NCBI GenBank assembly: GCA_025462865.1
Contig: JAOAPI010000058.1
Coordinates: forward strand, 50,090-114,089
DNA: 64,000 bases
Source: Candidatus Sulfotelmatobacter sp.
GTDB lineage: Bacteria > Acidobacteriota > Terriglobia > Terriglobales > Acidobacteriaceae
Reading direction: 5' to 3'
Below, one piece after another: positions 35,743 to 43,511 of the stretch (positions within the stretch are counted from its first letter, which is position 1; each line of letters starts with the position of its first letter). The notes beneath the pieces are model-generated. The model did no database searches. It was not told the origin of the DNA and saw only the letters and a program-made list of their open reading frames with translations. The position numbers were made by a program, and so were the translations under genes.

Positions 35743-36656
35743 TGCGTCTCCTCCTCCAACGCGTCCTCTACACCCTCCCTGTAATTTGGCTCGTCGTCTC
35801 ACTCGTCTTTCTCTTAATTCATCTCGTCCCAGGCGACCCGATCCAACAAATGCTCGGTGAAGGCGCCCCGCCGGCGGACATTGCGGCCACGCGCCACGCA
35901 TTCGGCCTTGACGCCCCGCTCGGCGAGCAATACGTCCATTATTGGAAGGGCGTCCTCCAGGGCAACCTCGGGCCATCGTTTCGTTACAACCAAAGCGTGA
36001 CGCGCCTACTCACCCAGCGCTATCCTTATACCCTGCAGCTGACGCTGGCCTCTCTGTTCGTTGCCATCATCTTGTCGATCCCCGCCGGGGTGCGTTCCGC
36101 CCAGAGCCGCAATCGATGGGACGATCGCCTGCTCTCTGTCGTCAGCCTCTTTGGACTGTCATTCCCCAACTTCGCTCTCGGCCCGATCCTCATTCTTCTC
36201 TTCGCCATTAAGCTGGGATGGCTACCCGTGTCCGGCGCCGGCTCGTTCGCCAGTCTCGTGCTGCCGGCCATCACCATGGGCGGAGCCCTGGCTGCCATCC
36301 TCACCCGCATGGTTCGCACTTCCATGCTCGAAGAGCTCAGCCAGGACTACATCCGCACCGCCCGCGCCAAAGGCGTGCCCGAGCGCACGGTCGTCTACCG
36401 CCACGCCCTGCGCAATGCCATGATCCCCATCATCACGGTCCTCGGCTTACAATTCGGAGCCCTGTTAGCAGGAGCCATCGTCACGGAGACGATATTTTCC
36501 TGGCCCGGCATCGGCAGACTCACGATCCAGGCCATTTCGAACCGCGACTACTATCTGGTGCAAGGTTGCATTCTGGCGATTGGATTAACCTACGTCGCCG
36601 TGAATTTCCTGACGGATGTTCTTTATTCGGTGGCGAATCCCAGAATCAGGCAATGA
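35742..36656 (+). CDS. ABC transporter permease, DppB/OppB family
   Basis: 304 aa with typical N-terminus MRLLLQRVLYTLPVIWLVVSLVFLLIHLVPGDP and an EAA loop (YIRTARAKG). Confidence 0.85.
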   Translation: MRLLLQRVLYTLPVIWLVVSLVFLLIHLVPGDPIQQMLGEGAPPADIAATRHAFGLDAPLGEQYVHYWKGVLQGNLGPSFRYNQSVTRLLTQRYPYTLQLTLASLFVAIILSIPAGVRSAQSRNRWDDRLLSVVSLFGLSFPNFALGPILILLFAIKLGWLPVSGAGSFASLVLPAITMGGALAAILTRMVRTSMLEELSQDYIRTARAKGVPERTVVYRHALRNAMIPIITVLGLQFGALLAGAIVTETIFSWPGIGRLTIQAISNRDYYLVQGCILAIGLTYVAVNFLTDVLYSVANPRIRQ

Positions 36657-36771
36657 CCCGGTCATCCCCGACTTGCCAGCGTCGAATCATGATCTAGACC
36701 CAATCAATTCCAGTTCCGGCTCGGCCACCAGCGCGCCACCGCGGCCGACACAGTGTGCAGTTCTCTTCATC

Positions 36772-36800
36772 TTGACAACTACCTTTTGTAGTATTAGTGT
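36772..36800 (+). promoter_or_regulatory. sigma70-type promoter candidate for the BNR-repeat gene
   Basis: TTGACA, 17-nt spacer, TAGTGT. Confidence 0.35.
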
Positions 36801-36880
36801 CGCTGTCCGCGATCACTTCCGGTAGGAATCGACAGGCTACTGCACCCTTTACAACCAGCCACAAGCCAAGGAGGCTTCCT

Positions 36881-38371
36881 TTGAAACGAGCACCCCGCAT
36901 TATCGCTTTCCCACTGACCACTTTGTTGCTGCTTTCGGCGGCAACTTTCGTTAGGGCTCAAAACAACTCACCTTTAGAAAAATCACCGATATCGACGGGC
37001 GTACTGATGGCACGTGCAATTCGAGCTGGCAAAGTTCATCTAGGCGGATCTGCTTTAGGAGGCAACAGTCTCGTTCCGCTTTCCTGCAGTCCCGCTCCTT
37101 GCGTTTTACCGAATATTAACGTTTCACAGAGTCCGGTACTGGCAAATGAAACTCCTGTGGTCGTTAATCCCAAGAACCCGAATCAAATTTTGTCCGGCGC
37201 CAACGATTACAACTGTCCCAATATCCAGGGCTTTTACGCCTCCAGCGATGGTGGTACTACTTGGAAGCGCACTTGCCTGAATGCAATCTCAGGTGACTTT
37301 GGCGAGGGAGATCCTGGAGTTGGCTATGATCTCAGTGGAGTGGCCTACATTAGCGGAATCGACGCCTCCAACGGAATTGTCTTTGAAAAATCCACCGATA
37401 ACGGCACGACGTGGACCGCCCCGAAAGTGGCTGTCGCACCTCATTTCTCGGGAGGCCTGGCGGACAAGCCTTGGCTCCAGATCGACACGTCTCCGTTAAG
37501 TCTGCATGCAAATGCGTTGTACGTCTCCGTAACCCAGTTTGATGCGGTCTCGAACTCACTGATTACGGTCTCACACTCGAACAACGGTGGTAATACCTGG
37601 GTCACGAAAGTTATCGACAAGGAACAAATCTTTCCTAACGTTGACCAGTTCTCCGACATCACCACTGGTAAGGACGGTACGGTGTATGTCACCTGGATGC
37701 GCTGCACTGCTAACGGTCCAAGCGGCGACTGCGGAGGCACCACTGCAAGAATGATGCTCTCCACATCCGTTGATGGGGGAAATACCTGGAGTCCAGCCAA
37801 AGTTATGTTCAGCGCGAACCTTGCGCCCGATCCCGGCTTTTGCTGCTTCTACGGCTCTCTGCCAAACACGTCCGAGCGCGTGAGCAATATCCCTGTAATC
37901 GGTATTGACAATTCCGCTGGTCTTAACACCGGCACCTTGTACGTCACCTACTATAACTGGACGGGCACATACATGAAGGTATATGTCGCAAGCTCGAAAA
38001 CTGCCGGACTCACCTGGCAGAAGAGGCCAGTTTCAGCTTCGACGGTCACGCATGATGAATTCATGTCTTGGCTCACTGTCAGTCGTTCCGGAGTAGCAGG
38101 CGTGAGCTGGCTCGACCGGCGCAACGATCCGGCTAACATCAACTACGAAGCATTTGCCGCGTTCTCTGCGAATGGTGGCAATTCATACAGCGTCAATCAA
38201 GATTTGTCGGCAGCGCCGTCAAATCCGTTCAACGATGGGTTCGGCGGATTCTTTATTGGCGACTACACGGGGAATGCCTTCGCGCCAGGTTCGCCGTTGA
38301 AGTTGTACGTGACCTATACGGACACGACGACTGGTATCGATCAGGATTTCCTTGCTGGATATGAGCTCTAG
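36881..38371 (+). CDS. secreted BNR/Asp-box repeat protein (sialidase-like beta-propeller)
   Basis: Four Asp-boxes: SSDGGTTW, STDNGTTW, SNNGGNTW, SVDGGNTW. TTG 36881 sits 7 nt after AGGAGG and gives a signal peptide (KRAPRIIAFPLTTLLLLSAATFVRAQ). GC is much lower than in the flanks. Confidence 0.75.
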   Translation: MKRAPRIIAFPLTTLLLLSAATFVRAQNNSPLEKSPISTGVLMARAIRAGKVHLGGSALGGNSLVPLSCSPAPCVLPNINVSQSPVLANETPVVVNPKNPNQILSGANDYNCPNIQGFYASSDGGTTWKRTCLNAISGDFGEGDPGVGYDLSGVAYISGIDASNGIVFEKSTDNGTTWTAPKVAVAPHFSGGLADKPWLQIDTSPLSLHANALYVSVTQFDAVSNSLITVSHSNNGGNTWVTKVIDKEQIFPNVDQFSDITTGKDGTVYVTWMRCTANGPSGDCGGTTARMMLSTSVDGGNTWSPAKVMFSANLAPDPGFCCFYGSLPNTSERVSNIPVIGIDNSAGLNTGTLYVTYYNWTGTYMKVYVASSKTAGLTWQKRPVSASTVTHDEFMSWLTVSRSGVAGVSWLDRRNDPANINYEAFAAFSANGGNSYSVNQDLSAAPSNPFNDGFGGFFIGDYTGNAFAPGSPLKLYVTYTDTTTGIDQDFLAGYEL

Positions 38372-38404
38372 GCTCTAAGGAGATTCTTTGTTTGCCTTGT
38401 GATT

Positions 38405-38439
38405 AAGCCCGTTGGCTTCGGCCAACGGGCTTAGTTTTT
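38405..38439 (+). terminator. intrinsic terminator of the BNR gene
   Basis: AAGCCCGTTGGC-TTCG-GCCAACGGGCTT followed by AGTTTTT. Confidence 0.85.
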
Positions 38440-38569
38440 GGCGACGATGAGTCCAAAAAGTTGTTGCCCTTGTTGAAAGGGCCGCTAGTTCAAGGATTTC
38501 GGCTCATTAAAAACTGTGGCGAGGACAACGTATCCTAAGACGTTTCTCCTCGATGGCAAGGTAGCGGCG

Positions 38570-38611
38570 GGCGAAAAACCTTGAGAGGCGGGGCCCGGCG
38601 CGCCCCACCTC
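38570..38611 (-). terminator. intrinsic terminator candidate downstream of the glyoxalase-family gene
   Basis: On the minus strand: GAGGTGGGGC...GCCCCGCCTC hairpin followed by TCAAGGTTTTTCGCC. Confidence 0.55.
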
Positions 38612-38626
38612 TAATTCAAAGCTAGC

Positions 38627-39099
38627 CTACGCTGCCGGCATCAGCTTCTTCATCCGTTCTTTCATGTCCTCAGGCGACACATCTTCCACATGCGTGGCAA
38701 CGCCCCACAGGTGTCCGAATGGATCTTGAATGAAGCCGGAGCGGTCTCCGTAGAACTGGTCCTGAACTGGCTTCAGGTCGTGGCACCCCCGGCCACTGCC
38801 TGCTCGATCACGCGATCGACGTCGGGAAGGTATACATACAGGCTCACCGGACTTGCGCCGATGGTGGCGGCGCTGGTGTGTCCCTGCCCCATGGTGGGAT
38901 TCTCATCAGCCAGCATGATGTGCGAGTTGCCGATCTTCAATTCAGCGTGGCCGACTTTGCCGTCGGGGCCATCCATGCGAACGGTTTCAGTTGCACCGAA
39001 AACCTTCTTGTAATACTCAATGGCCTGGGCTGCGCCCCGGATGATCAGGTAGGGTGTGATGGAGTTGTAGTCTTTGGGAATGTACGAGACTTTGCTCAT
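38627..39099 (-). pseudogene. PhnB-like VOC/glyoxalase family protein with a single-base frameshift
   Basis: The N-terminal part (ATG 39099 after GGAG) ends ...VIEQAVAGGATT* at 38773. The expected C-terminus LKPVQDQFYGDRSGFIQDPFGHLWGVATHVEDVSPEDMKERMKKLMPAA* continues in another frame to TAG 38627-38629. Confidence 0.7.
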
Positions 39100-39391
39100 T
39101 ATTTTCTCCTCGGAATATACGGTAGAGGTGGAAGTTTGCGGCGCGTATTCGCACCGGCATGCGGCTCCGGTCCCCCCTATGAAAGCACAATTTGTCAGCG
39201 ATCTCAAGGCTGGCATTTAACTGCTCCATGACGGTGTTTCGCGATACTGCAAGTAGAATCACTGCGCTTTAGAAATCAATGGTTGAAGTCTCGAGTACCG
39301 GATCGCTAGCCAACTCGAGAGTCAAGCAGTAGACTAAAACGCGTTCCGTCTGGCCGGGTCACGTCGACACTTGCTCTCACCAGGAGGCCTT

Positions 39392-40702
39392 ATGTATCGC
39401 AGAGATTTTCTGGTACGCAGCGGACAGGCAATTGGCGCGGTTGCTCTTGCGTCCGCGCTTCGAACTGCAGAGGCTTTCGCCAACAAACAATCGTCTTCCG
39501 ACTCTCCAAGTTGGGAAGATCTTCGCGCTAACTTCAATCTCGCCCCTGGACTAATCCACATGGCGGGATTCTTTCTTGCCTCGCATCCCAAGCCGGTGCG
39601 CGACGCCATCGAAGCCTACCGGCATGCCCTCGACGCCAATCCGATCGAGTATTTTTTCGGAAACGTCGAAAAGATGGAGGCGGCTGTGGTTGCCGCGGCC
39701 GCTCAGTATCTGGGGGTTAATCCCGGCGACATAGCCCTCACCGACAGCACCACCATGGGACTGGGCCTGCTCTACAGCGGCCTGAAGCTGCGACCTAATC
39801 AGGAAATTCTGACCACCACGCACGATCACTATTCCACCGAGACTTCCCTTCGTCTGCGGGCGGAACGCACCGGCGCATCGGTCCGCAGAATTTCTCTGTA
39901 CCGGGACGCGGCGGCGAAGTCCGTTGGTGACATTGTCGACAACATCACCAAAGGTGTAACGCCCCAAACCCGCGTGCTTGCGGTGACCTGGGTTCACTCC
40001 TGCACTGGCGTGAAGCTGCCGATTCGCGCCATTGCCGACGCGCTCAAGCCCATCAATGCCGGACGGGATGATCAGGATCGCGTTCTGCTTTGTGTCGACG
40101 GAGTCCACGGTCTGGGAGTAGATGGAACCGAACTGCCGGAACTTGGGTGTGATTTTTTTATTGCTGGATGCCACAAGTGGATGTTCGGACCGCGCGGCAC
40201 GGGACTGGTCTGGGGTAAACCTGCGGCATGGTCCGCTGCTACGGCTACGATCCCCACTTTCGACGATGCCTATTACGAGATGTGGATGGAGATTCGTCCC
40301 AAGGCACCGATTCCGATTGGCGCCTGGATGTCCCCCGGAGGCTTCCATTCCTTTGAACATCGCTGGGCGCTTGACCGCGCGTTCCAGTTGCACCAAAGCA
40401 TCGGCAAGCCCCGCATTGCAGAAAGAATTCATTCCCTCAATCGTCAGCTTAAAGAGGGGCTCGCAAAGATGCAGAACGTAAAACTCTATACGCCTATGGA
40501 GGATGAGTTATCTGCTGGAATTGTCTGTTTCGACGTGCAGGGTATGCATGCCCAGCAGGTTGTCGACCAACTCAGGGCGAAGAAGATCGTCGCGAGCGTC
40601 ACGCCATATAAGACCCTGTACGCGCGGCTATCGCCCGGCCTGCTAAATTCGCCAGTCGAGGTCGATGCTACCCTTGCGGCACTGCGCGAGTTGCGAGGAT
40701 GA
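39392..40702 (+). CDS. class V aminotransferase-fold PLP enzyme with twin-arginine (Tat) signal
   Basis: MYRRDFLVRSGQAIGAVALASALRTAEAFA signal and a CHKWMFGPRGTG PLP-lysine motif. ATG 39392 sits 4 nt after AGGAGG. Confidence 0.8.
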   Translation: MYRRDFLVRSGQAIGAVALASALRTAEAFANKQSSSDSPSWEDLRANFNLAPGLIHMAGFFLASHPKPVRDAIEAYRHALDANPIEYFFGNVEKMEAAVVAAAAQYLGVNPGDIALTDSTTMGLGLLYSGLKLRPNQEILTTTHDHYSTETSLRLRAERTGASVRRISLYRDAAAKSVGDIVDNITKGVTPQTRVLAVTWVHSCTGVKLPIRAIADALKPINAGRDDQDRVLLCVDGVHGLGVDGTELPELGCDFFIAGCHKWMFGPRGTGLVWGKPAAWSAATATIPTFDDAYYEMWMEIRPKAPIPIGAWMSPGGFHSFEHRWALDRAFQLHQSIGKPRIAERIHSLNRQLKEGLAKMQNVKLYTPMEDELSAGIVCFDVQGMHAQQVVDQLRAKKIVASVTPYKTLYARLSPGLLNSPVEVDATLAALRELRG

Positions 40703-40768
40703 GGCAGTCTATTCCAGCGCTCTCTCCAATCCGTTCACGGCGCCATCTGAGATAGGAGATTTGAACTC

Positions 40769-41638
40769 TTGTCTACCGCTGCCACCTCGTTCCGCCACTG
40801 GGTTGCGGGGAATGCCCGCCACAACCCGCTGGCCGCAACAGGCGTCTTGTTGGTTGCAATATTCGTAATCTTCGCCTTGTTCGCGCCCTGGATCGCGCCG
40901 CAAGACCCAGCGGCCATCGATCTGCCGGCGCGTCTTAGCGCTCCATCGCACTCTCATTTCTTCGGTACCGACGAACTTGGGCGTGACATTTTCTCGCGCA
41001 TCATCTATGGCGCACGCATCTCGATGCTGGTGGGAGCCTCGGTTGTGCTCGCGTCGCTCGTTCTCGGCCTCATCATCGGCTCCATCGCGGGCTACTACGG
41101 CGGCGGCATCGACCGCTTCGTCAACATTGTCCTGATGAATGCGTTTCTCTCGTTCCCAGGGATTCTGCTGGCAATTGCCTTTGTCGCCTTTCGCGGCCCC
41201 GGCATCTTCAATCTCATTCTTGCACTGTCGCTTGGCGGATGGGTTGGCTATGCTCGCCTGATCCGGGGACAAGTGCTCGCCGCTCGTGAGCGCGAATTCG
41301 TTGAAGCCGCCCGCGCTCTAGGGGCCAGCGATCTTCGCATCATCGTTCGCCACATTCTTCCCAACATCATTCAGCCTGTAATCGTCCAGGCCGCTATCGG
41401 GATGGCTGGTGCGATTCTCGCCGAAGCCACCATGAGCTTCCTTGGCCTGGGCGTGCCGCCGCCAACAGCTAGCTGGGGCACCATGCTTAACGACGGGCGC
41501 GCCCATCTGTTCGACTCGCCCCACCTGGTGCTCTTTCCAGCCTTGGCCGTAATGCTGGCAGTGCTGTCGTTTAACTTCATTGGCGACGCGCTGCGAGATT
41601 ATCTTGACCCTCGCTCCCGCATCGAAGCGGGCCTTTAG
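40769..41638 (+). CDS. ABC transporter permease, DppC/OppC family
   Basis: 289 aa with OppC N-terminal region (LFAPWIAPQDP) and EAA loop (FVEAARALGAS). Confidence 0.85.
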   Translation: MSTAATSFRHWVAGNARHNPLAATGVLLVAIFVIFALFAPWIAPQDPAAIDLPARLSAPSHSHFFGTDELGRDIFSRIIYGARISMLVGASVVLASLVLGLIIGSIAGYYGGGIDRFVNIVLMNAFLSFPGILLAIAFVAFRGPGIFNLILALSLGGWVGYARLIRGQVLAAREREFVEAARALGASDLRIIVRHILPNIIQPVIVQAAIGMAGAILAEATMSFLGLGVPPPTASWGTMLNDGRAHLFDSPHLVLFPALAVMLAVLSFNFIGDALRDYLDPRSRIEAGL

Positions 41639-41651
41639 TCTGCGTTCCAGC

Positions 41652-41695
41652 GATTGAAAAGCAATCGATCGCTCGATTGCCAAACTTTTCAATTC
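41652..41695. repeat. nested inverted repeat (terminator- or operator-like)
   Basis: The inner stem is a perfect 8 bp, GCAATCGA-TCGC-TCGATTGC. The outer arms are GATTGAAAAG / CTTTTCAATTC. Confidence 0.4.
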
Positions 41696-41807
41696 GTCTC
41701 TTTAGTGTCGGCCGATAATCGCGACTGGTTGTAAGCCACTGAAAACAGGGTAAATCCACTTCTTGACGCAAATTGCAAAATGCAATATAAATATGTCGAT
41801 TAGCAAT

Positions 41808-42401
41808 ATGAAACTAGGGGAGAAAATCCGTTACCTGCGCGAGGTCGAAGGCTCACTGCGCGGACTGGGCCGTCCCATTACTCAGCAAGAGCTGGTGAAG
41901 GCCATTCGCCAGGAACTGCGCACGAGCATCAGCCAGTCATACTTGTCGCAGATCGAAAGCGGCGCCCGGCCGCACATGACGCAGTCGTCGCGTGCGCTGC
42001 TGGCGAGGTTTTTTAAGGTGCATCCCGGTTTCCTGGTGGACGACCCCGAGGGTTTCCACACGGAGTTGACCTCCGACTTGCGGACGACAGAAGGTCAGCT
42101 GGACGTCTGGCTGTTGCAAGGATCAGAACGTTTTGTGCGCGACTCCGAAGTCAGCGATGTGCTGATCAAGGCCGCGCGAGAGAAAGATACAAGGCGCTGC
42201 CTGCTTCTGCTGGGCGCAATTCTGGATACACCCGGCTTGGCTGAGAGATTGCTCGAGGCTCTGCGGCCTGAACTGACGCGTGCGAAAGCAGGTCGGCATC
42301 ACGCTCGCGAAAATCGGAATCTGCAAAATCGCGATCTCCGAAATCATGATCTGCAAAATCATGACCGCTCCACTAGCGCAGAAGGAAGGAGAGTCCGATG
42401 A
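41808..42401 (+). CDS. XRE-family HTH transcriptional regulator with repetitive C-terminus
   Basis: MKLGEKIRYLREVEG...ITQQELVKAI...SQSYLSQIESG is an HTH_XRE pattern. Alternative in-frame starts at 41763 and 41793. The stop overlaps the nfeD ATG. Confidence 0.75.
   Translation: MKLGEKIRYLREVEGSLRGLGRPITQQELVKAIRQELRTSISQSYLSQIESGARPHMTQSSRALLARFFKVHPGFLVDDPEGFHTELTSDLRTTEGQLDVWLLQGSERFVRDSEVSDVLIKAAREKDTRRCLLLLGAILDTPGLAERLLEALRPELTRAKAGRHHARENRNLQNRDLRNHDLQNHDRSTSAEGRRVR
42311..42370 (+). repeat. 15-nt tandem repeat x4 inside the XRE gene 3' end
   Basis: AAATCGGAATCTGCA / AAATCGCGATCTCCG / AAATCATGATCTGCA / AAATCATGACCGCTC, encoding NRNLQ NRDLR NHDLQ NHDRS. Confidence 0.85.
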
Positions 42402-43063
42402 CTCATTCCATGACCTGGGCAGATTTTTACTTGATCTGTTTTGCAGTCGGCTTCTGCTTTAGTTTCTTCTCGTTTCTGTTCGGCGGTTCGCGCACCGGGA
42501 AGCTGCACTTGCCGCATTTTCACGGTCACATGGACGTTGCGCATCTGCCGTCGGCTGTGGCGAACGGAAGCGCCATCGCTGGCCACGGGCCAATCGCAAC
42601 CGATTCAGGCGCTTCGAATGCGCACGCGCATCATTCGGGTGGGGTATCCCCATTCAACTTTGTCACCCTTACCGCATTCCTGGCATGGTTTGGTGGCACT
42701 GGATATTTGTTGACGCGTTACTCCGGTCTCTGGGTCGGTTTCGGCCTGCTGGCTTCAATTACCAGCGGGCTGCTCGGCGGAGGCGTCGTCTTTTTGTTTC
42801 TGAGCAAAGTACTGATCTCGGACGAAGAAAATATGGATTCCGCCGACTACGAAATGGTGGGAGTGCTGGGGCGAGTCTCGAGCTCGATCCGCGAGGGTGG
42901 TACGGGCGAGATTATCTACGCGCAAATGGGTACCCGGCGCGTGTGTGGCGCGCGTAGTGACGACGGCAGCGCTATCGCCAAGGGAACCGAGGTTGTCGCC
43001 ACACGTTACGAAAAGGGAATTGCCTACGTTCGGTTGTGGAGCGATCTGTCTGAGGACAAGTAG
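42398..43063 (+). CDS. nfeD: NfeD family membrane protein
   Basis: TM-rich N-terminus and a C-terminal OB-fold-like GVLGRVSSSIREGGTGEIIY...GTEVVATRYEKGIAYV. Lies upstream of flotillin. Confidence 0.8.
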   Translation: MTHSMTWADFYLICFAVGFCFSFFSFLFGGSRTGKLHLPHFHGHMDVAHLPSAVANGSAIAGHGPIATDSGASNAHAHHSGGVSPFNFVTLTAFLAWFGGTGYLLTRYSGLWVGFGLLASITSGLLGGGVVFLFLSKVLISDEENMDSADYEMVGVLGRVSSSIREGGTGEIIYAQMGTRRVCGARSDDGSAIAKGTEVVATRYEKGIAYVRLWSDLSEDK

Positions 43064-43089
43064 AACGTCCGGCAGGTGAAGGAGATTTT

Positions 43090-43500
43090 ATGGACCGCAA
43101 ATTTTTTCTAGCAGGGATAGCGATAGCGGGAGCGTGGCTGGCGCTTCCTTTGACTGCGCTGAACTATTCGAGAGCCTGGGATCGGCTACCCATGCGGATT
43201 GCGGTGCACTTTGACGCGAACTGGCAGCCCAATGGATGGACCTCGCGGGAAGGTTCGCGCACGCTGGCACTGGGGATGACTGCTTTCCTGCTCGTGGCCT
43301 TCACGATTTCTGCCTATGCGGCACGGCGGGTGGGCACGTCGAATCTGTCGCAGTGGGCGCTGATCGCCATTTTTTACGTAGTGCTGGGGGTGTTTTATTA
43401 CGTCAATGATTGGATTGTTGAACGAAACTTCCAGCCGGGCTCCAAGCCCTTCACAGAATTAATTGTTCCTGGGGATACGTCGAAAGAACGGTATTCGTAA
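43090..43500 (+). CDS. DUF1648-like membrane protein
   Basis: LPMRIAVHFDANWQPNGWTSREGS after the first TM segment. 3-4 TM segments. RBS AAGGAG. Confidence 0.6.
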   Translation: MDRKFFLAGIAIAGAWLALPLTALNYSRAWDRLPMRIAVHFDANWQPNGWTSREGSRTLALGMTAFLLVAFTISAYAARRVGTSNLSQWALIAIFYVVLGVFYYVNDWIVERNFQPGSKPFTELIVPGDTSKERYS

Positions 43501-43511
43501 GAGGAGGCGTT

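Noticed and set aside
36797-36880. GTG 36797 as start of the BNR protein
   Set aside because: It overlaps the -10 of the candidate promoter. TTG 36881 has a strong AGGAGG at proper spacing and yields a normal signal peptide.
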